A stretch of DNA of 64,000 nt from Squalus acanthias (lineage: Eukaryota), in contig CM059432.1 of assembly GCA_030390025.1 (NCBI GenBank), positions 31,498,001 to 31,562,000 on the forward strand, written 5' to 3'. Below are positions 22,620-34,789 of this stretch, in pieces (the first letter of the stretch is position 1; every line of letters begins with the position of its first letter). Under the pieces are notes generated by a model. The model saw nothing but the letters and a program-made list of their open reading frames with translations. It had not been told where the DNA came from and did not search any database. The position numbers and the translations under genes were made by a program.

Positions 22620-24545
22620 TTACCCTTGTGCAATCCCTTAGTGCCTGTCATTCGTGTACCCTTTCCTACTCTGGAGCTCCTACGCAGTGCGCCCCCAGAG
22701 GCTGCAGCATGGCTGGTGGAAGGCTGCTGTGTTTCCGTGGGAGAGACGGCCTCGACCAGCTGTGGATCTAGAAGGCCTGGCAGTAGACTGCACCACCTTG
22801 GCATGGGCGGAAGCAGTCTGGGCTGGCTGGCAGACAGGCAGCAGAAAGGGTAATGGCGGAGTGGCAGTGGTGGGAATAGAAATGCTGTCATCCTGAGAGA
22901 GGACAGTAGGTTCCTGCTCCACAGACCCACTGCCACTCCCCCGGGGCGGCGCCTCAGCATCCCTAGCAGTCTGTTGGAGGACAAATTGCTGGGCTGCTGC
23001 AACACCCTGCAAGCCCCATTCGACACTGGTAAATCCAGCCACAATGGCAGCAGTCTGATCTTGCGTGGCAGCAAGCTGAGACTGCAGGAGAGCAGTCTGG
23101 GCTTCCACTGCAGCACTGAGATGTTGAGTCTTTTCTGCCTGTGCTGCAATGGAAGCGGCGACATCGCCCATCACACGCAGCATCATGGCTGGGTCAACAA
23201 GGTCTCTCCTGGAGTTGTCCATCATTTCCACTCTGCAAATCATGGGCTCCAAGCTCTGCACAAAGCCCCATCCAATGTTGGAGCCGGACTCCACCATGCT
23301 CCTTGGCATTGCCAAGAGGCTCTCTGGCAGGCTTGCCATTGCACCTTGCATTTCGGTGTGTATACCCTTCTGAAGGCCGCCCCATCGAGGTCATCATCTG
23401 AGTCATGTGCAGCAGAACTCGCACGCAAACACGCCCTCCAGGGAACTGGCCCCCGAGCTATCCTTTCCCACTGACCTTGCTGCAGCTCACTCGTGCCCGG
23501 TGCCTCACCATGTGCAGATCCTGCCTCTATACTAATCTCTACATTAGTGCCAGTTTCTGAGCTGGTGTCTGCGAGTGTCAGATGCAGTGACGGTGTGTCG
23601 CCTTCTTCTCTTTCACTCTCCTCCATTACTTTGGGGACAGGCTGTGTGGGTGGCAGAACTTGGTCATCTGAAAGCAGAAAGGCACAAGAGTCGGTTTATG
23701 GTGAGCGGAGAGGGGGCACAAGATAACCATGCATACAGCATCAGCAGCTTGTAAGTGAGAAGAGATTGTAGATGAGGGTAAAGTGGGATGTGAGAAGAAG
23801 GATTAGGAATGAGCATACCATATTGTCCCCAAGGGCTTCAACTTCATCCGTTACCATGGCTTCGGTGACTTCCCCTCCAATTATGTCGATTCCTTCAGTT
23901 GGCTCAAGGCCTGTATTGCAGCTTGGCCGCCTCCTGCCTGCTGCTACTTGCGACAATTGTGAGCTAGCTTGGCCTACAAGAGAAAGCGAAGTGTGTCAGT
24001 GAGTGTAGTGCAATGTGTTTGGGTGATGTGCCTGCTATAGTTGAATAGCTGTCACTGTGGGCAAGGTGTGAGATGTGTGTGTGAGTTGCAGCAGTGGTAA
24101 GTGTGTGAGGGTGAAGTGAAGCTATGATTGTGAGGTCTCAGTGGTAAAAGGTAGTAATTGTTGGTAGGCGAGTGATGAGGGTGTGGTGCATTGAGCTGTG
24201 TGTGAGGCTTGTGGTGCAGATGGTGGGATACGGCAGTTGCTGGAGCCTTCACTCATCATGTGAGGTCATTAAACTTCTTGCCACACTGGATCCATGTTCT
24301 CGGTACAACACAACCTCACGTACCCAGCTGCCTCTTGCCACAGCTTTCTCGAAGTGTGCTTCGATGGCTTCCTGCCAATCTGCAGGAACAGGACAGCCTG
24401 CCTCCTCTCCACTGCCACTACCAATGCCTTCAGAGCCGCATCGGAGAACTTTTTGGCTCGTTCTCTTTGCTGGTGCTCAGCTATGTGTTCCAACTGCAAC
24501 TGCTATTCCAATTCCAGCTCCACCTCCAATGACAATGAGGTGCTG
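22620..24545 (-). pseudogene. Harbinger Myb/SANT-like gene remnant, three exons
   Basis: Exon 1 RERAKKFSDAALKALVVAVERRQAVLF; exon 2 ~23975-23819; exon 3 from tttcag|ATGACC near 23667, homologous to 1700-2672. Confidence 0.8.
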
Positions 24546-24893
24546 CTGCATCAAAGCACCTCCCCTTTACGTAGTGGAGAGAGTCTAGGCCAAACATTAC
24601 TGGCCATTTGACTGCACCCGATATTGGCCCACCTCAAGCGGTAAGCCTATCAGCAGTGCTTTTAGCGCTGAGATCAGCACTACAATCATGTAAATGAGCA
24701 TCAGTACAAATTTAGCATGCTGCCTGGACCACTTTGAACGGGCGCAGCCAAATAGCGCTGGGCCATGACACCGCCCATTTTCAGGCCATATCCAATTTCT
24801 AGACCGTCGTCTTTCAGATGAGACGCTAAACCGTCTGCCCTCTCAGGTGGATGTAAAAGATCCCAATGCACTATTCGAATAAGATTAGGGGAG

Positions 24894-25044
24894 CTCAGAG
24901 CGGCGGCGGACCTGCGGGGAACCAGGCAGCGAGGTTTAAGAGGCGGCAGAGACCAGGTAGGCCTCAGAGCGGCGGCGGACCTGTGGGGAACCAGGCGGCG
25001 GCGGCGGCGGCGAGGTTTAAGAGGCGGCAGAGACCAGGTAGGCC
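24894..25044 (+). repeat. Two tandem ~69-81 bp GC-rich monomers at the CR1 5' end
   Basis: ctcagagcggcggcggacctg...gaggtttaagaggcggcagagaccaggtaggc occurs twice; the second copy has extra GCG triplets. Confidence 0.9.
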
Positions 25045-25300
25045 TGACCAATCTCCAAGCTCGGAGGGAGAGAAGTAAAAAGTAATCGAAGTGTGACGTC
25101 ACCAGAAAGCAGGTAAGTGATTGGTTGGTGAGTATTTCTCTCTTTTTAAACTTAAACTCTGTGGTTTATAGTTTCTAAGCTCTCTGTGGTGTAGCGGGGA
25201 CTGTTGGCAAACCAGGGCCCTTAAGTATATCATTTAACTGTAGTGCAATTGGTGGGATTGATTTGTTTTAATTTAATTTGAATTAATTAAAGGGTAAGTC

Positions 25301-26248
25301 ATGGCAGGAGAGCTCCGCCCCGTGATATGCTCCTCCTGTGCTATGTGGGAAATCAGGGACCCTTCTGGTGTCCTTGACAACCATGTGTGCGGGAAGTGTA
25401 TCCAGCTACAGCTACTGGCAGACCGCATTACAGCGCTGGAGCTGCGATTGGATGCGTATTGGAGCATTCGCGATGCTGAGAACCTCGTGAATAGCATGTT
25501 TAGCGAGTTGGTCACACCGCAGGCAAAGGGTGTACAGGCAGGAAGTAAATGGGTGACCACCAGGCGAGTAAGAAGTGCAGGCAGGTAGTGCAGGGGTCCC
25601 CTGTGGACATCCCCCTCTCAAACAGATATACCACTTTGAATACTGTTGGGGGGGATGACTTATCAGGGGAAGGCAGCAGCAGCCAACTTCCTGGCACCAT
25701 GGGTGGCTCTGCTGCACAGGCTGGGAGGAAAGAGTGGAAGAGCTATAGTGATAGGGGACTCAATTGTAAGGGGAATAGATAGGCGTTTCTGCGGCCGCAA
25801 ACGAGACTCCAGGATGGTGTGTTGCCTCCCTGGTGCAAGGGTCAAGGACGTCTCGGAGTGGCTACAGAACATTTTGGAGGGGGAGGGCGAACAGCCAGCT
25901 GTCGTGGTGCACATAGGCACCAACAATATAGGTAAAAAAGGGGATGAGGTCCTAAAAGCAGAATATAGGGAGTTAGGAGGTAAATTAAAAAATAGGACCT
26001 CAAAGGTAGTAATCTCAGGATTGCTACCAGTGCCACGTGCTAGTCAGAGTAGAAATAGGAGGATATTTCAAATGAATATGTGGCTAGAGGAATGGTGCAA
26101 GGGGGAGGGATTCAAATTCCTGGGACATTGGAACCGGTTCTGGGGGAGGGGGGACCAGTACAAACCGGACAGTCTGCACCTGGGCAGGGCCGGGACCGCT
26201 GTCCTAGGGGGAGTGTTTGCTAGTGCTGTTGGGGAGGGTTTAAACTGA
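25301..26248 (+). pseudogene. CR1 ORF1 (CxxC...CxxC zinc finger/coiled coil + SGNH esterase), frameshifted
   Basis: CSSC...CGKC; IGDSIVR, PGARV, HIGTNN, DSLHL. Confidence 0.9.
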
Positions 26249-26292
26249 AGTGGCAGGGGGTTGGGCACCTGAGCAGGGAGACAGAGGAAAGC

Positions 26293-29161
26293 GTGTCAGG
26301 AAGGGACAGAAGGTATGGAGTAAAAGGTAAAGTGTTAAAAAAGGAAAAAGCAGGAACTAAGTGTCACAAAACATATTTGAAAGTTCTTTATCTGAATGCA
26401 CGTAGCATTCGTAACAAAATGGATGAGTTAACGGCACAAATAACTACGTATGGGTATGATCTTATGGCCATTACAGAAACATGGCTGCAGGGTGACAACG
26501 ACTGGGAACTAAATATGCCAGGGTATTTAACAATCAGGAAGGACAGGCAGGAAGGAAGGGGAGGTGGGGTGGCTATGTTAATAAAGGAAGGAATCACTGT
26601 AATACAGAGAAATGATATTGGGTCAAAGGATCAGGATAATGAAACAGTTTGGGTGGAGATAAGGAATAACAAGGGGAAAAAAACACTAGTGGGAGTAGTA
26701 TATAGGCCTCCTAATAGTTGCAACTCTGCTGGAAGAAGTATTAATCAGGAAATAGTTGGGGCATGTAATAAGGGAACAGCTATAATTATGGGGGATTTTA
26801 ACTATCATATTAACTGGACAAATCAAATTGGGCAGGGCAGCCTTGAGGAAGAGTTTGTTGAGTGTATTAGGGATGGATTTCTTGAGCAGTATGTAACTGA
26901 TCCTACAAGGGGGCAAGCAACCTTGGACCTGGTCCTGTGTAATGAGTCAGGATTAATTAATAATGTCCTAGTTAAGGATCCCCTTGGAATGAGTGACCAT
27001 AACATGGTTGAATTCCATATCCAATTAGAGGGTGAGGTGGTTGGTTCTCAAACAAGCGTACTGAGCTTGAATAAAGGAGACTATGATGGGAAAATAGATT
27101 AAAGGGTAAGATGGTACATGAGCAGTGGTGTTCATTTAAGGAGTTATTTTACAACTTTCAAAAGAAATATATTCCACTGAGGAAAAAAGGGTGTAAAAGA
27201 AATGACAGCCATCCGTGGCTAAGTAAAGAAATTAAGGATAGTATCCGACTAAAAACAAGGACATATAAGGTAGCCAAACTTAGTGGGAGGATAGAAGATT
27301 AGGAAGTCTTCAAAAGACAGCAAAAAGTAACTAAAGGATTGATTAAGAAAGGGAAGATAGATTATGAAAATAAATTAGCAAAAAATATAAAAACAGATAG
27401 CAAGAGTTTCTAAAGTTATATAAAAAGAAAAAGGGTGGCTAAGGCAAACGTAGGTCCCTTAGAGGATGAGACCGGGAAATTAATGGTGGGAAACATGGAG
27501 ATGGCAAAAATGCTGAACAAATATTTTGTTTCAGTCTTTACGGTAGAGGACACTAAGAATATCCCAACACTGGACAAACAAGGGGCTCTAGGGGGGGAAG
27601 AGCTAAATACAATTAAAATCACTAAGGAATTGGTACTCAGTAAAATAATGGGACTCAAGGCGGATAAATCCCCTGGACCTGATGGCTTACATCCTAGGGT
27701 CTTGAGGGAAGTGGCAGTAGGGATTGTGGATGCTTTGGTAATAATTTTCCAAAATTCCCTGGACTCAACAAAGGTCCCGGCAGATTGGAAAACTGCTAAT
27801 GTAACACCCTTATTTAAAAAAGGGTAGTAGGCAGAAGGCTGGAAATTATAGACCAGTTAGCCTAACATCTGTGGTGGGTAAAATTTTGGAGTCTATTATT
27901 AAGGAGACAGTAACGGAACATTTAGATAAACATAATTTAATAGGACAACATCAGCATAGCTTTATGAAGGGGAAGTCATGTCTGACAAATTTGCCTGAGT
28001 TCTTTGAGGACATAACGTACAGGGTGGATAAAGGGGAACCAGTGGACGTAGTGTATTTAGACTTCCAGAAGGCATTCGACAAGGTGCCACATAAAAGATT
28101 TTTGCTCAAGATAAAAAATCACTGGATTGGGGGTAATATTCTGGCATGGGTGGAGGATTGGTTATCTAACAGGAAGCAGAGAGTTGCGATAAATGGTTCA
28201 TTCTCGGACTGGCAACCAGTAGCCAGTGGTGTTCCGCAGGGGTCGGTGCTGGGTCCCCAACTCTTTACAATCTATATTAACGATTTGGAGGAGGGGACCG
28301 AGTGTAACACATCAAAGTTTGCAGATGATACAAAGATGGGAGGGAAAGTAGAAAGTGAGGAGGACATAAAAAACCTACAAGGGGATATAGACAGGCTGGG
28401 TGAGTGGGCGGAGATTTGGCAGATGCAATACAATATTGGAAAATGTGAGGTTATGCACTTTGGCAGGAAAAATCAGAGAGCAAGTTATTATCTTAATGGC
28501 GAGAAACTGGAAATTACTGCAGTACAAAGGGATCTGGGGGTCCTAGTGCAAGAAAATCAAAAAGTTAGTATGCAGGTGCAGCAGGTGATCAAGAAGGCCA
28601 ACGGAATGTTGGCTTTTATTGCTAGGGGGATAGATTATAAAAACAGGGAGGTATTGCTGCAGTTATATAAGGTATTGGTGAGACCGCACCTGGAATACTG
28701 CATACAGTTTTGGTGTCCATACTTAAGAAAAGACATACTTGCTCTTGAGGCAGTACAAAGAAGGTTCATTCGGTTAATCCCGGGGATGAGGGGGTGGACA
28801 TATGAGGAGAGGTTGAGTAGATTGGGACTCTACTCATTGGAGTTCAGAAGAATGAGAGGCGATCTTATTGAAACATAAGATTGTGAAGGGGCTTGATCGG
28901 GTGGATGCGGTAAGGATGTTCCCAAGGATGGGTGAAACTAGAACTAGGGGGCATAATCTTAGAATAAGGGGCTGCTCTTTCAAAACTGAGATGAGGAGAA
29001 ACTTCTTCACTCAGAGGGTAGTGGGTCTGTGGAATTTGCTGCCCCAGGAAGCTGTGGAAGCTACATCATTAAATAAATTTAAAACAGAAATAGATAGTTT
29101 CCTAGAGGTAAAGGGAATTAGGGGTTACGGTGAGCGGGCAGGAAATTGGACATTAGGCTGA
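26293..29161 (+). pseudogene. CR1 ORF2 (apurinic-like endonuclease + reverse transcriptase), disrupted
   Basis: YLNARS, ITETW, MGDFN, SDH; DFQKAFDKV, GVPQGSVLGP, FADDTK, RPHLEY. Confidence 0.93.
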
Positions 29162-29896
29162 GTTCGGATCGGTCAGGGCCCTGTGGGTGGCGGAGCGGGC
29201 CCAGGGGCTGAGTGGCCGGGTCCTGCTCCTACTTCTTGTGTTCTTTAGATTTGAGGTTAGGATCAGATCAGCCATGATCTTATTGAAAAGCAGGAATGGG
29301 GTACTGAGGTAGCATGTTCAGCCATGAACGCATTGAATGGCGGTGCAGGCTCGAAGGACCAAATGGTCTACTCCTGTACCTATTTTCTATGTTTCTATGA
29401 ATGGCGGAGCAGGCTCGAGGGGCCGATTGGCCTACTCCTGCTCCTATTTCTTATGTTCTTATGTTCTCCCTGGTGTCCTGGACAAGATTTATCCCTCAAC
29501 CAGCACCGCTAAAACAGAATAATGGATCATTATTACATCGCTGTTTGTAGGACTTCGCTGTGCCCAAATTGGCCGTTGCGTTTCCTACATTACAACAGTG
29601 ACTATACTTCATTGGCTGTAAAGCGCTTTGGGACATCCTGAGGTTGTGAAAGGCGCTATATAAATGCAAGTTCTTTCTTCTTTTCAGATCGCTGGTCTGA
29701 ATGACTCAGTACCACACTGGGCAGTGCACCCACATTCTGAGGCATTGGAGGAGCTCACAAGTCATCCCTTTTAATTGATGTTCATTTTGGTTCCAGACTC
29801 TTCTATTGAAGCAAAATAGTATTTTCACATGAAGAATGCATTCATGCCTCTGGGTCAGGTGGTTGTGGTGAAAGCCCAACTCTAGGACTTAGCACA

Positions 29897-31395
29897 TAGA
29901 ATCATAGAATGATGCAGCACAGAAGGAGGCCATTTGGCCCACGGTGCCTGCGCCAGCTCTTTGAAAGACCTATCCAATTAATCCCACTCCCCCGCTCTTT
30001 CCCCATAGCCCTGTTATTTTTTTCTCTTCAAATATTTATCCAATTCTCTTTTGAATGTTACTATTGAATCTGCTTCCATCACCCTTTCAGGCAGAGCATT
30101 CCAGATCACAACAACTCGCTGTGTAAAAAAATGTTTCCTCATGTTGCCTTTTTTTTTGCCAAAATCTGTGACCTCTGGTTACTGACCCTTCTGCCACTGG
30201 AAACAGTTTCTCTTTATTTACTCTGTCAAAACCCTTCATGATTTTGAACACCTCTATCAAATCTCCTCTTAACCTTCTCTGCTCTAAGGAGAACAACTGC
30301 AGCTTCTCCCGTCGCTTCACATAACTGAAGTCCCCTCAACCCTGGTACCATTCTAGTAAATCTCTTTTGCACCCTCTCCAAGGCCTTGAAATCCTTCCTA
30401 AAGTGTGGTGCCCTGAATTGAACACAATAATCCAGCTGAGGCCTAACCAGTGTTTTATATAAGTTTAGCATAACTTCCTTGCTTTTGTACTCTATTCCTC
30501 TATTAATAAACCCAAGGATCCCATATGCTTTTTTTTTAACAGCCTTCTCAACTTGTCCTGCCACCTTCAAACATTTGTGTACATTCACCCTTGGGTCTCT
30601 CTGCTCCTGCACCCCCTTTAAAATTGTAACATTTAATTCATACTGCCTCTCCTCATTTTTCATACTAAAACATAACATTTCATACATCTGTGCATTAAAT
30701 TACATCTGCCATGAGTCTGCCTATTTCACAAGTCTGTCTAAGTCCTCCTGACGTCTGCTACTATCCACCTTCTTGTTTACTACATATCCGAGTTTTGTAT
30801 CATCTGCAAACTTTGAAATTATGCCCTGTATACCCAAGTCCAGATCAGTGGTCCTAATACAGACCCCTGGAGAACACCACTGTATACTTACCTCCAGTCT
30901 GAAAAATAACCATTCACCACTCCTCTCTGGTTTCTGTCCCTTGGCCAATTTTGTATCCATGATGCCACTGTCCGTTTAATCCCACGGGCTTTAATTTTGC
31001 TAATAAGTCTATTATGTGGTACTTTGTCAAATGCCTTTTGAAAGTCCATATACGCAACATCGCCCGCACTAACCTCATCAACCCTCTCCATTATTTCATT
31101 AAAGAACTCGATCAAGTTAGTCAATACAATTTACCTTTAACAAATCCATGCCGATTTATTAGCCCATTCTTTTCTAAATGCCAATTAATTTTTCCTGGAC
31201 TATTGTTTCTAAATGTTTGCCACCAGTGACATTAGGCTGACTGGCCTGAAGTTGTCGGGTTTATTCCTCCACCCTTTTTTTAAACAGGGGTGTAACATTT
31301 AAATCTTCCAGTCCTCTGGCACCAACTCCATATCCAAGGAGGATTGGAAGATTCTGGCCGGAGTATCTGCAATTTGCACCCTTACTTCCCTCAGA
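29897..31395 (-). mobile_element. CR1 LINE, RT to 3' end
   Basis: DFQKAFDKVPH, KFADDTKL, RPQLDYC; (gaatcata)n tail at 29897-29910. Confidence 0.9.
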
Positions 31396-31432
31396 TGCCA
31401 TTATGAAAATTACCCATGCATTTCAATGATCC

Positions 31433-32161
31433 TTTAATTCCATCCAGTGAAAGGAGGATTACATTTTTTTTTACAAAATTCAACATGGCTCTTAAGTAAA
31501 CAAAGTTATATTTAAATGTCATTATTATATACAGCCCGATAGTAATAGAATAGAAAAAGAATCAGGAAAGGCTCAGTAACAGAGTACTTCAGTATCAGGA
31601 GTCCGACATTTTTTGTTAAATCAGGTGACCGTGCTCCTGGACGTCAAAGACCTGGATCATCTTTCCCTTGTTCGCCTGAACATGGAAACGCAAAAAAAGA
31701 GTCCGAGGATATCTTGGCGACTTTCTTCCTTTCGGCAAAGAAGTATAGTCTGTCAATCACACTGTGATGTCATTCGACTGTCGCACACAACGCGTAGTTG
31801 CATTTTAGATTCCAGAAAGATGAGACAATCTTGTTTTGGAAAAACTGCAGAGAACGCAAAAAGCCAAGCGCAAAAATCTGAGGATTTAGCGGATTTTCCT
31901 GGTTTTCCTTTCTCGTGACCGACTCAGATCATTCCTCCCATAGACTACAGGGATCGCTACAGGTATGAGAGTGTCACAGGTAGGAAAAAGCAGAATGTGC
32001 AATTGCATTGATTTGTTGTTATGTTTTGTGGGTTTTTTTTTACAAACAGTATATACAAGGCTAAAAAACCATTTTTTGGAAGGAGCTTATACGAGTTGGG
32101 AGTCATTTCAAAGTTCTACTCGGAGGTGTAACAACACTACACGGCTCCAATGAACACTTGA
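31433..32161 (-). other. Probable 3' UTR of the MAP3K gene, with a candidate ATTAAA polyadenylation signal at 31433-31438
   Basis: Non-repetitive sequence between the stop codon and the CR1 that ends near 31395; plus-strand tttaat reads ATTAAA on the minus strand. The true transcript end is unknown. Confidence 0.4.
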
Positions 32162-32390
32162 CTAGAGGTTATACTGAACAAAGGCGTGTCTCAGAAGTTC
32201 CTCCGCAGATGGTCTCCGTTTCTCCTCTACGAAGATTTGCTTCAGGAACGCACGGCATGAGTTTGAGACATAGTCCGGAAGCTGGGGCTTGGTTGGCTGA
32301 GTGGCAATTTTGAAGATGGCAGCCATGGCTTCGAACTCTGCCCAAGGAGGCTTTTCGGTCAGCATTTCCACAATGGTGCACCCTACACTC
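32162..32390 (-). CDS. MAP3K22: MAP3K terminal coding exon ([38 protein letters not shown]...FVQYNL*)
   Basis: Acceptor ttataaag|G, 229 nt ending in TAG; completes the kinase C-lobe in frame. Confidence 0.95.
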
Positions 32391-33154
32391 CTTTATAAAT
32401 GAAAAGAAAACCATTTCAAATACACACACACACACACAAATCATAATGTAACAGCATTGTTGTCACTCGGTTTATTTACCATCAGAACAGCATGAAAGTG
32501 TAATGGCTTCTATCCAAAGTTTCATTTCCTCTGTATCATAACTCTACAGTGACCAGTCTCATAGTGTCACAGGCAGAGAACCATAATAGAACATAAAAAG
32601 GTCATTTGGTCCATCAAAGTTCAGCCTCTAGTATCCCAATGGGACAGAGACCAAGAAGAAGTAATGGTGATGCTGTTTTACTGTTACCAATTTTCTCCTT
32701 CCTCTCCTGAAGGTACCGACTCTTAATTAGGTGCAATTCCACAGGTACCCACTAAAATCGCACCCAAGGGAAGCTATACTTCATGTGTGAACCCAAACAG
32801 TGAGCATCAGCTACATGAAGGAGCACCATTGCCTAATCCTGTTCTCACATCAGATGCCCACACATTATAGTAGAGTTCATGGGCCAACCGAGGGACATGA
32901 TTTCAAGTGCATCTCCTCTCGTACTGTCCCAGCTGAGACAGCAAAGACTAGAGATTGAACTACACTCTCTTGGTCTGCATAGATTAGTACCACACAAAGA
33001 AGTGCAATTATCATTTCAGTCTTTTGAGGGGAAATCTCAAAAAATGTTTTTTCACTAATTTGGAAAATCTTGTTCAGAAAGGCCAGATGTAGGAAATTGT
33101 AATGTCACAGTAGTTAATTAGTGGTGCTATCCTGAAGTTGGGTTTAGACAAAGG

Positions 33155-33485
33155 CACATAGGAACAGGAGTAGGCCATTTAGCCCTTTGAGCCTGTACCA
33201 TCATTCAATTAGATCATGGCTGATCTGTACATCAACCTCGTTTACCCACCTCCGACCCATATCCCTGGATACCCTTACCTAATAAAAATCTCTCGATCTC
33301 AGTCCTGAAAGCTTCAATTGACCCTCAGCATCCACAGCCTTTTTTGGGGGGGGTGGGGGTGCAATTCCAGAAGTGTTTCCTGATTTCACTCCTGAATGGC
33401 CTGGAATTATACCCTCTTGTTCTGGATTTCCCCGCCAGAGGAAATAGAATCTCTTTATCTACCCTATCAAATCCTTTTATCATTC
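33155..33485 (-). mobile_element. CR1 3' fragment
   Basis: ggaacaggagtaggccatttagccc... CR1 3' UTR. Confidence 0.75.
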
Positions 33486-34342
33486 AGCATGACGGTCTGA
33501 ATGGCCTCTTTCGATAAGTTCTCTGATTGTACAAACATTGCTTGGGCAACTAATCAGGAGCTGTACTCTGCATCCAATATTGGTTTTAATACGATACCGT
33601 GCTGCAGTGGCGTACACACAGTCCTCCTGCTGCCTACAGAACTTGATAGTATAAAGCAGGTGAACTCCATGCCGCTGACAGGACCCGAGGTTTTGTGGGT
33701 CCCGAGTTCTGCTGTCAGAGGCAGGACGAAAATATGAGCTTTCACACTACTGGCCCTCCGAAGAGCTCAAGGAAACGGTGTCACATTGTAAAAAAAAACA
33801 CACACACACAAAATTGGGGAGAACAGCAGTCATAAACTTGGACTCTCCAAGTGCCCTAACCTGCAACATAAATACAGTGAAATGCCATTTTCACAAAACT
33901 AACGGCGAAGCAGTGTATCTCCGACAGAAACTTTTGGATTTCCACTGCAGCACATCTGTCCTCGCCTGAAGTTGCTGTAGCATTTATGGATAAATAACAG
34001 CGAGTGCCATTAGCTTCACCATTATTTTGACAGCAAATTATGGCCCTTGACGCCATTTACACTGGCCTTCCCTGAAACTTATTCTACAATTGGGAACACC
34101 TCAAAGATAACAATCTTTCTCAATCTTTCTCCTCCCCCCACCCCAAGGATGATCTCTGGGCCTTGGGGGCTTGTGCCTGCTGCTCTCCAGGTCAGTGGCC
34201 AGGTATATAGATTCAGTCCTCTTAGGTTTTCAGACGCGATCGTGTTGCTGCAGTGTACTGAAGGCACCCCCCAATCTCAGCGCAAGGCCCTGCCAGGTTG
34301 ACTCCTCCCCTTACTGGTGCACCTTCAGTACACTGCAGCACT

Positions 34343-34590
34343 AAAACCCATCTGGTTCACTAATGTCCTTTAGGGAAGAAACTCTACCGTCCTTACCTGG
34401 TCTGGCCTATATGTGACTTCAGATCCACAGCAATGTGGTTGACTCTAAACTGCCCTCTGAAATGGCCGAGCAAGCCACTCAGTTGTATTCAAGAAGGCGG
34501 CTCACCACCGCCTTCTCGAGGGCAATTAGGAATGGGCAATAAATGTGGGTCTTGCCGGTGACATCCCCATCCGTGAGTGACTTAAAAAAA
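34343..34590 (+). mobile_element. Short LINE-B derivative (5' UTR joined directly to 3' tail)
   Basis: Matches 12130-12250, then jumps to ttcaagaaggcggctcacc...gggcaataaatg. Confidence 0.8.
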
Positions 34591-34789
34591 ACACTCCCCT
34601 GCTCTTTCTCCACAGCCCCACAAATTCTTTCTTTTCAAATGTATATCAATCACTTTTGAAAGTTATTTTTGAATTTGCTTCCACCATCTTTTCAGGAAGT
34701 GCATTCCAGATCACAATAACTCAATGACAGTCAAAAATTTCTCATCTCCACTCTGGTTCTTTTGACAACTATCTTAAATCCTCTGGTTT

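Larger units (their letters stand above)
20040..24805 (+). mobile_element. PIF/Harbinger DNA transposon 2 (composite)
   Basis: Left TIR ggcctagaaatc (20040), right TIR atatccaatttctagacc (24788-24805); convergent transposase (+) and Myb (-) genes; additional internal TIR at 21976. Confidence 0.88.
24894..29463 (+). mobile_element. Full-length CR1 LINE (~4.6 kb), inactivated
   Basis: GC-rich 5' UTR, ORF1 (zinc finger + SGNH esterase), ORF2 (APE + RT), 3' tail cttatgttcttatg; scattered stops and frameshifts. Confidence 0.95.
24806..29682 (+). mobile_element. Deu-domain SINE split by a CR1 insertion (halves 24806-24893 and 29464-29682)
   Basis: ...ctattcgaataagattaggggag | ttctccctggtgtcctgg... 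rejoin to the SINE sequence seen at 47540-47999. Confidence 0.82.
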
